A stretch of 64,000 nucleotides of DNA from sequence record AP025670.1. The stretch is one strand, 5' to 3'. Positions 1 through 9,234 of the stretch are shown here, piece after piece. The DNA is from a plasmid. Below the pieces are notes generated by a model that was not told the DNA's origin, searched no databases, and was given only the letters and a program-made list of their open reading frames with translations. Both the position numbers and the translations under genes were made by a program. Positions within the stretch are counted from its first letter, which is position 1, and each line of letters begins with the position of its first letter.

Positions 1-1101
1 ATGGACCACCAGCTAGAAAGTATCGACGGAACAATCATGAGCAAGAGAACCAAAGACAAAGACCTGGAGAAACTCGACGTAATCAAAGACTCACCGCAAA
101 TGAGCCTGTTTGAGATCATTGAATCTCCGGCCAAGAAAGACGACTATTCCAACACCATCGAGATCTACGATGCGCTGCCTAAGTACATTTGGGACCAAAA
201 GCGTGAGCATGAAGATTTGTCCAACGCTGTAGTGACGCGACAATGCTCCATCAGAGGCCAGCAGTTCACGGTGAAGGTGAAGCCAGCCATCATCGAGAAG
301 GATGACGGAAGAACCGTGCTGATCTACGCGGGACAGCGAGAGGAAATCCTTGAGGATGCTCTACGAAAGCTCGCAGTGAACGGGAAAGGCCATATCATCG
401 AGGGCAAGGCTGGAGTCATGTTCACTCTGTACGAACTCCAGAAAGAGCTCTCGAAGATGGGTCACGGGTACAACCTGAACGAAATCAAGGAAGCAATCCA
501 GGTTTGTCGTGGCGCAACACTCGAATGTATCAGTGATGACGGTGAAGCCTTCATCAGCTCCAGCTTCTTCCCGATGGTGGGACTGACCACCAGAGGTGAG
601 TTTCGCAAGAAAGGCGGGAACGCCAGGTGCTATGTGCAGTTCAACTCGCTGGTAAACGAATCGATCATGAATCTGTCGTTTCGTCAGTACAACTACAAAA
701 TCGGAATGCAAATCCGCTCCCCTCTTGCACGGTACATCTACAAGCGAATGAGCCACTACTGGACTCAAGCATCACCTGATTCGCCGTACACGCCATCGCT
801 TATCAGCTTCCTGACCCAGAGCCCTCGTGAATTGAGCCCACGGATGCCGGAGAACGTCAGAGCCATGAAGCTCGCTCTGGAGGCCCTCATCAAACAAGAG
901 GTCATAAGCGACTACGACGCGAACCAGATCAAGGATGGCCGCAGAGTCATCGACGTGCGGTACGTCATAAGGCCTCATGAGAACTTCGTGAAGCAGGTTA
1001 TGGCGTCCAACAAGCGTAAGCAGCAGACAGAGCTACGGGCCATCAAGCACGGCATGATCGACCACGACATCATTGATGAACCCCAGCGTAAGGGGAGATA
1101 G
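1..1101 (+). CDS. repA: Replication initiator RepA, IncA/C (IncC)-type as recalled; ORF starts at base 1, so the N-terminus may continue upstream
   Basis: 366-aa ORF immediately followed by a terminator and a long iteron array; the protein sequence matches my memory of IncA/C RepA. The 19-bp iterons plus DnaA boxes downstream are typical of an iteron-controlled Rep. Confidence 0.8.
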   Translation: MDHQLESIDGTIMSKRTKDKDLEKLDVIKDSPQMSLFEIIESPAKKDDYSNTIEIYDALPKYIWDQKREHEDLSNAVVTRQCSIRGQQFTVKVKPAIIEKDDGRTVLIYAGQREEILEDALRKLAVNGKGHIIEGKAGVMFTLYELQKELSKMGHGYNLNEIKEAIQVCRGATLECISDDGEAFISSSFFPMVGLTTRGEFRKKGGNARCYVQFNSLVNESIMNLSFRQYNYKIGMQIRSPLARYIYKRMSHYWTQASPDSPYTPSLISFLTQSPRELSPRMPENVRAMKLALEALIKQEVISDYDANQIKDGRRVIDVRYVIRPHENFVKQVMASNKRKQQTELRAIKHGMIDHDIIDEPQRKGR

Positions 1102-1140
1102 CCACCAGAAGCTCCCATCCCCCCAGGGAAAAGAAAGATA

Positions 1141-1162
1141 GGCGCGTCAGCGCCTTTTTTTA
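1141..1162 (+). terminator. Rho-independent terminator after repA
   Basis: GC stem GGCGCGTCAGCGCC followed by TTTTTTTA. Confidence 0.5.
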
Positions 1163-1224
1163 TGCCAGAAGAAAGCGCACAAGGTACGCCCCCCAGGCAG
1201 GACCGGAAACGGAATGCCTCCGCA

Positions 1225-1985
1225 TATGGGGGAGCTGCACGGATAGAGCGAACGTGACCCCAGATGCAGCGTGGGCTGGGGCTCTATATATGGGATCGCT
1301 GCACGGTAGTCGCAAGCTGAGTCTCAGTATCGTGCAAGCGTAAGCCACGACGAAGGATAAGTGCCATGCTGCTCCGGTGGTTCCCGTAGAGTGGTTCCCG
1401 TAAGGTATTGATAGTTAAAGGGTGAGGATGTGGGGGACCTGCACGTTATGAGATTTGATATGTGGGTACGTTGCACGGAAGCAGGTTCTGAACCTCTCGA
1501 TATATGGGAACTCTGCACGATTGACGAAGCAGAACAAAGATTGACAGATCAGGACAAACCTAAAAAAGCAGTCAAAATGACTCTAATAGTCCATAAAGTG
1601 ATCACGCGCACACAAAAAGAGGCCAAAAGTTATCCACATTTCCTGTGCATAAACGGGGTTTTGGTATATGGGAACGCTGCACGATCACATGTGGGTACAC
1701 TGCACGGTGCAAAAAACGACCAAAATTGACATGTGGGTACGTTGCACGTTCAGAAAATTGTATATGGGCCGACTGCACGTATGACCTTAGACATGTGGGA
1801 ACACTGCACGAACACCAGATCTGATATGTGGGAACGCTGCACGAAAGCTCTGTTTTGTAAGGATTTTGTGGAAAAAAGAGGGGTTCCGTGTGGATAACAG
1901 TGGATAAGATCCAAGGGTATGTGGGGACGTTGCACGGCAACCTATGGGAACGCTGCACGGCAACCTATGGGTTCGTTGCACGGAA
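1225..1985 (+). repeat. Iteron array, about 14 direct repeats, consensus (T)ATATGGGAACGCTGCACG
   Basis: Copies read at about 1232, 1286, 1425, 1456, 1500, 1666, 1691, 1731, 1762, 1791, 1823, 1919, 1942 and 1963. All share the TGGG(A/T)ACG(C/T)TGCACG core with irregular spacing. Confidence 0.85.
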
Positions 1986-2100
1986 TAAATAGGAAAATAC
2001 CAGTAATATCAATGTGTTGAGTAGTAATTTAGATCGCCTAACCTGTATTTAACCGTTTTTAATCCTTTATACAAAGATCTAAAGATCTTTATATTTATCC
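1225..2100 (+). other. oriV: oriV region: iterons, DnaA boxes (TTATCCACA at 1631-1639; TGTGGATAA at 1893-1901) and an AT-rich block 1981-2100 containing the palindrome AGATCTAAAGATCT
   Basis: Classic iteron-plasmid origin architecture downstream of rep. Confidence 0.7.
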
Positions 2101-2138
2101 TTTTGATCGCTGAACAAAAAATAATCAACACTGTTTTT

Positions 2139-2594
2139 TTAGAAAAAAGTCTCGTATGCAAGACCAAACAGGACGAGTATCACCAACAAGATAAGCATCG
2201 ACAGCACAAAGTAACCGGACTCGTACATCACAGCTTTGATCACAGAAACGACGCTGATCGATCTTCCAGAGATCCTCCCGATGATCCACTGAAACGCAAC
2301 GAACGAACCAAGCCCACAGATCAGCACCACCGCTACGGAGACAAGTGCATGTTCCCTCAGGACAGACTCACTCAGGAAACCATACTGCATCCCCATCAAT
2401 ACAAGCCTGCCGATGCCAAACCCCAGGCCCAATGCAACAGCTCCACGAACCAGCACGACCTTCAACGACTGGAGCCATGTCAGTTCAAGATCCATCCCCT
2501 TACGGGAAGACCGACGCACCAGCACCATAGATATGCCCAACCCCAAAAACACCAAAAAAACAAAATCCAACATTGCCACCTCTGCACAAATCAA
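2139..2594 (-). CDS. Small hydrophobic membrane protein (hypothetical)
   Basis: 151-aa ORF with several hydrophobic helices; it overlaps the stop of the upstream minus-strand gene by 4 bp (operon-like). The region is compositionally odd, with several overlapping ORFs. Confidence 0.35.
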   Translation of the reverse strand: MICAEVAMLDFVFLVFLGLGISMVLVRRSSRKGMDLELTWLQSLKVVLVRGAVALGLGFGIGRLVLMGMQYGFLSESVLREHALVSVAVVLICGLGSFVAFQWIIGRISGRSISVVSVIKAVMYESGYFVLSMLILLVILVLFGLAYETFF

Positions 2595-3706
2595 TCAGAA
2601 CCACAGGCCTCTCGGCCAAATGCGCCACCAGGGAGAACCCACTTCTGCCCCTCCGGCACAAAAATCGGGAGCGTGTAATCTTCTCTGGATACCTGCTCCA
2701 ATGCCTCAACATCACTAATCTGTATCGGCGCAACAGCAGAACCTAAATCTATTACGTCGATTTTTTTTCTTGATACCGTCACACCAAAGGTTTGTTCATA
2801 CTGAGCAATTTTCCCAGCTCGTTCAGGCCAGTAGTGACGGATCGTGGACCAGATACGCTGTGAGTTGTAGATGCAGGTCATACACGACGACCGGCTCCAG
2901 CCAAGGCGATAAGGGACTGGAGCCAGGATGCGGTGACGCTCGATTACTTCCCATACCTCCTCCTCAGTCCAATGAAGAACGGGCCTCCAGGCATCAACTA
3001 ACCGTGCAGTCTTCCCATATCTTCTGTCACAGGCATGAGCCTCAAGCTGGTTGTACTTGGATCTGTTTGCACTTTCCTCCCGGCGCTCACCAGTGATGAA
3101 AAGGATCTTCTTCCCCTTGAAGCGCTCCTGGTTATTAAGAGCTCTGCGTCCAACATCGATCTTCAAGGCTGATGAGCACCACCTTGTTTGGAGTGATGGC
3201 GATTGCTGAGGGAAACGAAGGCGCGTACCAGGCTTAGAGCGCTTATGGTCTCTAGGCAGCACCAGAAGCCCCTCAGGCGTCTCTACACGATGGGGGTGGC
3301 TATAGGCATTGTCTTTGAGCATTTCGCCCTCAAAGCCGCCCTCAAGCCACGAGAAGTACATTGGGATACCCAGTTCTTCCCCGAGCTGACGACAGTAATC
3401 ACGCATGAAGGCCCAATCCATCAACGAACTGCCTTCCTGACCATCAACATCATGGTGCCAGAACTCCACCTTTGACTTATCAACACCCATGTCCACCAGC
3501 CGCAAGTACGCAGCAATCGAGTCTTTGCCTCCAGACAGGCAAACAATGATGTGATCGTACAAACTCAGGTCCACATCCGGAGCGGAGAAGTACGTTGTTC
3601 TATCGTCACAACGCTGACTGGAAGATATGCCGGTAAGAACCGACTCCAGTGATGGCAACACCACCTGGTCATCGAACAAATCTCCTTGGTTTTCTCGTCT
3701 CAACAT
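2591..3706 (-). CDS. PAPS-reductase-like PP-loop ATP-pyrophosphatase family protein
   Basis: SGGKDS PP-loop motif at residues ~58-63; 371 aa; C-terminal extension of unknown function. Confidence 0.75.
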   Translation of the reverse strand: MLRRENQGDLFDDQVVLPSLESVLTGISSSQRCDDRTTYFSAPDVDLSLYDHIIVCLSGGKDSIAAYLRLVDMGVDKSKVEFWHHDVDGQEGSSLMDWAFMRDYCRQLGEELGIPMYFSWLEGGFEGEMLKDNAYSHPHRVETPEGLLVLPRDHKRSKPGTRLRFPQQSPSLQTRWCSSALKIDVGRRALNNQERFKGKKILFITGERREESANRSKYNQLEAHACDRRYGKTARLVDAWRPVLHWTEEEVWEVIERHRILAPVPYRLGWSRSSCMTCIYNSQRIWSTIRHYWPERAGKIAQYEQTFGVTVSRKKIDVIDLGSAVAPIQISDVEALEQVSREDYTLPIFVPEGQKWVLPGGAFGREACGSD

Positions 3707-3743
3707 AAGTCGCTCTTTTTTCTTTACTGGGTTGTTTTTATGA

Positions 3744-3773
3744 TTTACAGTATTATAAAATGATACTGTGAAA
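3744..3773. promoter_or_regulatory. Inverted-repeat operator family member (TTTACAGTATTATAAAATGATACTGTGAAA) upstream of the 3975 operon
   Basis: ACAGTAT-N9-ATACTGT dyad; the same motif recurs upstream of many operons. Confidence 0.55.
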
Positions 3774-3974
3774 AGTAAAGTTTTCAGAACGACTAATCAC
3801 TCAGGAGAACTTGATAAGCACCAGAAAGCAATCTAAAGGTGGTTTTTCGGTGAGGTTAGTTCAGGGGCAACCTGCCGCTGCTGATTGAAAATCATCAAGA
3901 AGTGGCTTTTTGGTGGGGTTACGGTTTGAAGGGGTGAGTATGTGGGAACGTTGCACGGTTAAAGGGGGCCGCAC

Positions 3975-4583
3975 ATGAAAACGATAAAGCGGTTCATCGT
4001 ATGGGTGAATTACGGTCTTGAGGGTTGGAGCATTTTCGGATCGAGCGATGACTGGGATGAAGCGGTATCCATCCGTTCGGAAGCGATAGACGAATGCAAT
4101 ATTGACGAGGAAGACATCATCTTGGCAGAAAACAAAAACGAGCTGGTGGTAAAACCTGCGGCCAAGCAAATGACGGAGTGGCACCGGGAACTGGAAGCCG
4201 TCCTTATGACCTTGGATGACTGCCAGATGGAATGTGACGGTATGACATGGGCAGTAAGCCACCTACTCAATGAAGCGGGTGTACCTCATGACTGCATGTA
4301 TGGCTTTGTGCGAAACGAACAGACCAAGGACATCGTGACACCGCATTTCTGGGTTGTCCTGGATGATGGGTGGCTGGTGGATCTGAGGCTACGCATGTGG
4401 CTTGGCGATCACGACAACATTCCTCACGGGGTATTCCATCCCGATAACGAGCCAGGACTTTTCTACAAGGGAGACCCGGTTCAAAACCATAAAGGGATGA
4501 GACTGGGCAAAGCCGTCCTGGACATCATGACCGACGGAAAACTTTCACATGTGAAAGTTCCTGAACGACAAGACGGAGAGTAA
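3975..4583 (+). CDS. Hypothetical protein
   Basis: 202-aa ORF preceded by the IR operator and a stray iteron copy; the 16-bp palindrome sits in its last codons. Confidence 0.55.
   Translation: MKTIKRFIVWVNYGLEGWSIFGSSDDWDEAVSIRSEAIDECNIDEEDIILAENKNELVVKPAAKQMTEWHRELEAVLMTLDDCQMECDGMTWAVSHLLNEAGVPHDCMYGFVRNEQTKDIVTPHFWVVLDDGWLVDLRLRMWLGDHDNIPHGVFHPDNEPGLFYKGDPVQNHKGMRLGKAVLDIMTDGKLSHVKVPERQDGE
4542..4557. promoter_or_regulatory. 16-bp perfect palindrome CTTTCACATGTGAAAG (copy 1 of 8)
   Basis: Exact palindrome with AA...T flanks, at a gene junction. Confidence 0.6.
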
Positions 4584-4587
4584 TAGC

Positions 4588-5109
4588 GTGGAATTTGATT
4601 ACGACAAGTCAGTATCAAACGCACATCTTGAGGCCGCAGGCTGGGGTATGGATGCCTTTAACCACTCCAACCCATTTGAGAGTCATGTCATCTATGTGCG
4701 TGACTACCGCAACGATCACATCCGCCTGTTCACCATCAAGCAGGCTGACTTCGACACGATAAAGCTGCCACTTCACCTTACCTCCGACATGCTGGCTTCG
4801 GTGATCGCTGAGTTCGTATCGAAGGCAGCAAAAGGAGAGTTGAATACGAAGGAGTCCGACACGCTGGCTCCTGCCTTGGTTGGCTATGCCAAATCAACAG
4901 AAACCTACCGGAGCTGGCGGAGAGTGTCTGGAGTAACAGAGCGATTGCATATGGTCATCAATATCTACGCGGGTTCTGGATTGCTGAGACCTTTCATCGC
5001 TCGGGCTCCTGAGACCGTCCTGACGACCCAAGAGCTACTGGTCTTCTCATCACAGGTTAAGAGCATGGATGTATCCAATCATCCAGAGTGGTTTAGGGGC
5101 CGGAGGTAG
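4588..5109 (+). CDS. Hypothetical protein (GTG start)
   Basis: 173-aa ORF starting 5 bp after the upstream stop. Confidence 0.5.
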   Translation: MEFDYDKSVSNAHLEAAGWGMDAFNHSNPFESHVIYVRDYRNDHIRLFTIKQADFDTIKLPLHLTSDMLASVIAEFVSKAAKGELNTKESDTLAPALVGYAKSTETYRSWRRVSGVTERLHMVINIYAGSGLLRPFIARAPETVLTTQELLVFSSQVKSMDVSNHPEWFRGRR

Positions 5110-5111
5110 TC

Positions 5112-5633
5112 ATGAAGCCAGTTCTCTGGATATTCGTCCTGATCATCGCCCCTTTCGTCATTGCGAAAGTGGACCAGTGGCGCAAACGCGGCATTGGAGA
5201 CACCTGGGCGTGGTGGAAATCAGAGAACATGCCTTATGAGCTGCGCTCGGCCACTCTGTTTTTGTCCGAACAGGACATATCAACCACACAGCCGGTGCCC
5301 ATGCACGGCAGGGTTGATCAGGTGTACCAAACCAAGAATGGGGTTCTCATTCCTTTGGACACCAAGCTGCGCCAGGTAAACCACATCTATGAGTCGGACA
5401 TTATCCAGCTCTCGGTTTACCGGGTAATTCTGTCACACAAGTACAAGGCACCCGTTGCCAAGTACGGCTATGTCCGAACCGTTGTTGAGACAGCGGACGG
5501 GGATAGAGTCCGTTACATCAAGACAAACCTTCTCAGCGAAAAAGAAGTGGTCAAGCTGTGGCACCGCTATCAATCCATCCGTTCTGGTCAGGTAAAAACC
5601 TCCTGTTCCTGTGGCGGAAAGTTTCACATGTGA
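5112..5633 (+). CDS. Hypothetical protein with N-terminal TM/signal segment
   Basis: 173-aa ORF, RBS GGAGG; C-terminal ...SCSCGGKFHM, whose last codons are encoded by the palindrome. Confidence 0.55.
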   Translation: MKPVLWIFVLIIAPFVIAKVDQWRKRGIGDTWAWWKSENMPYELRSATLFLSEQDISTTQPVPMHGRVDQVYQTKNGVLIPLDTKLRQVNHIYESDIIQLSVYRVILSHKYKAPVAKYGYVRTVVETADGDRVRYIKTNLLSEKEVVKLWHRYQSIRSGQVKTSCSCGGKFHM

Positions 5634-5636
5634 AAG
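5621..5636. promoter_or_regulatory. Palindrome GTTTCACATGTGAAAG (15/16 match, copy 2)
   Basis: Near-perfect copy at a gene junction. Confidence 0.5.
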
Positions 5637-5729
5637 TTCTGGATTGAATCAGGGTTGCCCGAATTGGGCAGCTAGGCGGGGTTGCATTTTTGAAAAGTCC
5701 TGTACGCTGGTTGGTATAGGAGGTGAATA

Positions 5730-6203
5730 GTGACCCAGCTTAAACATAACCGCTTCGTCATGTTGGGGGCCTTGGTAGCGACGGTCGTAGCTGCCGCCAA
5801 TGGCTTGAGTTTTCTCACCCTTATGGCTGGTGGAATGACCCTTCTCCAGTTCATGGCTTGGAAGCAACAAGATGCTGTCCGGAGCCGGTTTAAAGCTGCG
5901 AAGGATGCGTTTGAAGCGTTGAACGTCATTGCGTTCGACAAGCACTGGGTAGGTTCAACCGCGACGGTCGCCAAAGTGTCGAACATGATCACTCCGCCCG
6001 AACGACTGGATAAGCCCTGGGCGGTGCAAGTTCTGGCCGTAACCAAAGGTGGGACGTGGTTCGCGGTGGATCTGCAAGTGACCGGCACTGACAAGGTTCA
6101 GATGCTTAGCCTCCACCAGCTTAGTGAAAAGGCGGCAAAGACCATGCTGGCCTTCGACCTCGAAGTGTATGAGAAATTTTTCGGAAAACCTGATGTTGCA
6201 TGA
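5730..6203 (+). CDS. Hypothetical membrane-associated protein
   Basis: 157-aa ORF, GGAGG RBS before a GTG start, hydrophobic N-terminus. Confidence 0.5.
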   Translation: MTQLKHNRFVMLGALVATVVAAANGLSFLTLMAGGMTLLQFMAWKQQDAVRSRFKAAKDAFEALNVIAFDKHWVGSTATVAKVSNMITPPERLDKPWAVQVLAVTKGGTWFAVDLQVTGTDKVQMLSLHQLSEKAAKTMLAFDLEVYEKFFGKPDVA

Positions 6204-6213
6204 GGACAATGTG

Positions 6214-6507
6214 ATGGAAAAAGTCAAAAGCGTAGATGCCGTGGAGTTCACGGCAGCAGATAAGAAGGCGATGACCCATGCGGCATACGCCCAGTGTTTC
6301 TTCATTCTGGCCCAAGTGATGGCATTCCCTTCCCTGGGGGTGGCTGGCGCTATGGTTGCTGCTCTGTGCGGCATGATGCCGTGGTTGACCAAGTTCGCCA
6401 AAGAGGCTCCATCGAAAGCCTTTGGCATGGTGATGGCTTCACTCTGCCTTGCTCCTGTGTACGGGAAACTCTGTGAGCTGGTGGTCCACGCGATTCAGGG
6501 AGCTTGA
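6214..6507 (+). CDS. Small membrane protein
   Basis: ATG at 6214 after GAGGA; two predicted TM helices; the ORF-track start at 6124 overlaps the previous gene. Confidence 0.45.
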   Translation: MEKVKSVDAVEFTAADKKAMTHAAYAQCFFILAQVMAFPSLGVAGAMVAALCGMMPWLTKFAKEAPSKAFGMVMASLCLAPVYGKLCELVVHAIQGA

Positions 6508-6511
6508 GCTT

Positions 6512-7366
6512 ATGGGGGTAGTACGAGTTCCCTACCTCTTGGCTGAGCTGAAAGAACGCGGATGTGCTGATGAATCTGCTCTGGCGCAGGTTATGCAGCC
6601 TGGATGCCGAATTGGAGAGGAAGACCTACGGAAGTTGGCCGCAAATTTAGGGCTTGAAGTGTCCGAGCTGGCACCAGCGCCAGAGAACGCGGCCAACACC
6701 CGGTTCAAAGCAAAGCTGAGAGGAGGTTTGGCCTCCTTTCTTTTTGAGTACGACGGCTGTTTCCGACATGCCGAAGGCTCCAGCCATGCAGAAATGTTGG
6801 GTATCGAGCAAGAAGACGACATAGGTCTTCCGAGTCGAGCTGCTGACGCCATGCTCCTGGAGAAGACGCTTTACCAGGTAATCGCTCGGGCTAAGTACAT
6901 GCTCGGCAAAATCGACAGCAAGTTTGTCAGGTCAGAACAAGCAATCGAGTTCCGTGAGCAACTTGCTCCTGGGATCTTCAAACCAGGTTACAGAGGTTTC
7001 CGATTCAAGGAGGCTGCCGCTGGTGATTTGCCTACTGTCATGATTGACGGTAGGAAGTTCAACTGCGTTGCCAGCATAGCCAGAGCACATGGACTTGATC
7101 CGGTAACGGTGCGTAGGCGCATTGCGGACACCGGGAAGGCCGCAGACAAACTCTCCAATGATGAGTGGAAGCTCATCCTCGCCAAGAAAAAAGGTAAAGG
7201 GAAACCCTTCACCTATCTGGACAGGACCTACAGCAACATTGCTCAGTTCTGTCGTGAGCATCAGCTCAACACCAACCTTGTTTACCAGAAAGTCAAAGAC
7301 CGGGCTGATAGCGCTGATGAAGAGTTCTGGGGACAGATAATCGAAACATGCAAAAGGAAAAACTAA
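6512..7366 (+). CDS. Hypothetical protein
   Basis: 284 aa from ATG 6512 (RBS GGAG); the ORF track extends to 6449. Confidence 0.55.
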   Translation: MGVVRVPYLLAELKERGCADESALAQVMQPGCRIGEEDLRKLAANLGLEVSELAPAPENAANTRFKAKLRGGLASFLFEYDGCFRHAEGSSHAEMLGIEQEDDIGLPSRAADAMLLEKTLYQVIARAKYMLGKIDSKFVRSEQAIEFREQLAPGIFKPGYRGFRFKEAAAGDLPTVMIDGRKFNCVASIARAHGLDPVTVRRRIADTGKAADKLSNDEWKLILAKKKGKGKPFTYLDRTYSNIAQFCREHQLNTNLVYQKVKDRADSADEEFWGQIIETCKRKN

Positions 7367-8325
7367 TGGCAGAAAACAAAGAGATCCCCTGGGAGAAAGA
7401 ACTCATTGAGAAGTACATGTTCACCCTGCATAAAGAGCAGGTGAAAGACCGGCGCTGGCGGACCATGTTGCGTGTGCTTCGCGCATCGGGTTTCGTGCTT
7501 CTCATGATCGGCTTCATCATTTTGGCATCTAATCCGGGTGGGATGCCGTGGCAAAGCGCCAAGGCAGGAGCCCCTCACACCGCGTATATCAACATCCGTG
7601 GTGAAATTGCTGCTGGCACCCTGGCCGATGCTGATCACCTTATCCCGTCCATCCAAGCTGCATTCGACAACCCGAACTCACAAGCTATCGTGCTTCGCAT
7701 AAACAGCCCTGGCGGTAGCCCGGTTCAAGCAGGACGGATTTATGACGAAGTGAAGGCGCAGCGAGCCCTTCATCCGGAGAAAAAGGTCTACGCCATCATT
7801 GATGACATCGGTGCCTCTGGCGGTTACTACATCGCCTCTGCTGCGGATGAAATCTATGCTGACCGCGCCAGTCTTGTCGGTTCTATCGGCGTCATCAGCT
7901 CGGGGTTTGGATTCACCGGCTTGATGGACAAGCTCGGCATCGAGCGCCGGGCTATCACTTCCGGAGAGCACAAAGCGCTTCTCGACCCATTCTCCCCTCT
8001 TACCTCTGACATGAAGAAATTCTGGGAGGGCGTTCTATCGAAAACCCACCAGCAGTTCATCGAACGAGTGAAGGCTGGGCGGGGTGATCGACTGAAAGAC
8101 GACCCAGAGGTGTTTTCTGGATTGCTCTGGAACGGGGAGCAGGCCAAAGACATTGGGCTGATTGATGGCCTGGGTAGTTTGAACTCCGTGGCGCGAGACG
8201 TCATCCACCAGAGCAACTTGGTGGACTACACACCAACCGAAGACATCATCCGGCGACTGACCCAACGAGCGAAGCTCGAAGCCAGTTCCTTCGTGCAAGA
8301 ACTCAGCGCTGTGAAAGTTTACTGA
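7366..8325 (+). CDS. sppA: Signal peptide peptidase SppA (S49 family, 36K type)
   Basis: S49 motifs ...GASGGYYIASAADEIYA...SIGV...; N-terminal TM helix; TAATG start overlap. Confidence 0.8.
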   Translation: MAENKEIPWEKELIEKYMFTLHKEQVKDRRWRTMLRVLRASGFVLLMIGFIILASNPGGMPWQSAKAGAPHTAYINIRGEIAAGTLADADHLIPSIQAAFDNPNSQAIVLRINSPGGSPVQAGRIYDEVKAQRALHPEKKVYAIIDDIGASGGYYIASAADEIYADRASLVGSIGVISSGFGFTGLMDKLGIERRAITSGEHKALLDPFSPLTSDMKKFWEGVLSKTHQQFIERVKAGRGDRLKDDPEVFSGLLWNGEQAKDIGLIDGLGSLNSVARDVIHQSNLVDYTPTEDIIRRLTQRAKLEASSFVQELSAVKVY

Positions 8326-8340
8326 TAGGAGCAGTTTGAT

Positions 8341-9201
8341 ATGACAGAACAAAGTACCAAATCACTACGTCTCGGGGTTGTTGCCGCCATTCTTTTGGGG
8401 CTCGTAGGAACCGGGTTCGGGATCTACCAGTTCGTGAAAGAGAAGGATCTGGCGCAAGAGATCGCCAACGTGAAGTCTACGGTCAACCAGGTGAAGGATG
8501 CCGAAGGCGTCACCTTCAAAAGCAAGGCAGAGTTTGAAGCTGCTGTGGCCGAAAGCATCAACAAGTTTGTCGCGCAGAAACAACAAGCCGACATCGATCA
8601 GAAGTATGCCCAGTTCGAGGCAGCACCTGAGAAGGTCGAAGAAGGCAAACACATCTACGGGGACCTTGGTGCTCGGTTCACGCTGGTGGAGTTCTCCGAT
8701 ATGGAGTGCCCATTCTGCAAGCGATTCCACGACACACCCAAACAAATTGTGGATGCCAGCAAAGGCAATGTGAATTGGCAGTGGAAGCACATGCCTCTCG
8801 ATTTCCATAACCCGGCAGCTCACAAGGAAGCTCTGGCCGCTGAATGTATTGCTGAGCAGAAGGGCAACCGTGGCTTCTGGGTCTTCGTTAACGACATTTT
8901 CCACCATACCCAGGGGAATGGTGGCGGTGTTGCTGACCTGGCCTCTGTTGTCACTGGTGTTGGTGCTGATCTGGATGCGTTCCGGGAGTGCCTCGGCTCA
9001 GGAAAGTACGAAGACAAGGTTGAAGCTGACATCCAGAAAGCCAAGAGCTATGGCGTCAACGGGACACCAGCCACTTTTGTAGTGGACAACCATACCGGCA
9101 AGAGCCAGCTTCTCGGCGGCGCTCAACCGGCGCAAGCCATCATGGCCGTGATGCGAAAAATGATGATTGAGTCGCAACAAGACGACTCCGCGAACCAATA
9201 A
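8341..9201 (+). CDS. Thiol:disulfide interchange protein, DsbA/DsbC-like thioredoxin fold
   Basis: CPFC active-site motif (…SDMECPFCKRFH…), N-terminal membrane anchor, 286 aa; this gene is usually labelled dsbC in IncC annotations. Confidence 0.75.
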   Translation: MTEQSTKSLRLGVVAAILLGLVGTGFGIYQFVKEKDLAQEIANVKSTVNQVKDAEGVTFKSKAEFEAAVAESINKFVAQKQQADIDQKYAQFEAAPEKVEEGKHIYGDLGARFTLVEFSDMECPFCKRFHDTPKQIVDASKGNVNWQWKHMPLDFHNPAAHKEALAAECIAEQKGNRGFWVFVNDIFHHTQGNGGGVADLASVVTGVGADLDAFRECLGSGKYEDKVEADIQKAKSYGVNGTPATFVVDNHTGKSQLLGGAQPAQAIMAVMRKMMIESQQDDSANQ

Positions 9202-9204
9202 AAA

Positions 9205-9220
9205 CTTTCACATGTGAAAG
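9205..9220. promoter_or_regulatory. Palindrome CTTTCACATGTGAAAG (copy 3)
   Basis: Exact copy immediately after the dsbA-like stop. Confidence 0.6.
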
Positions 9221-9234
9221 TGGAGTGAGAACTG

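Noticed and set aside
1160-1981. Six overlapping 60-118-aa ORFs on both strands (e.g. 1602-1958, 1750-1935, 1787-1981)
   Set aside because: They lie entirely within the iteron array and are artefacts of the repeated sequence; there are no RBSs or coding signatures
1225-1985. Possible CRISPR array (repeated ~19-bp units)
   Set aside because: The repeats are imperfect and spacing is irregular (6 to >100 bp) with no uniform spacers. They sit directly after a rep gene with DnaA boxes, which identifies them as iterons, not CRISPR.
2103-2733. Several overlapping ORFs (2103-2678 +, 2345-2530 +, 2413-2718 +, 2500-2733 -) with low-complexity His/Gln/Pro-rich translations
   Set aside because: The translations are compositionally biased, mutually overlapping and lack start context. 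Only the hydrophobic minus-strand ORF 2139-2594, coupled to the upstream gene, was kept, and that at low confidence.
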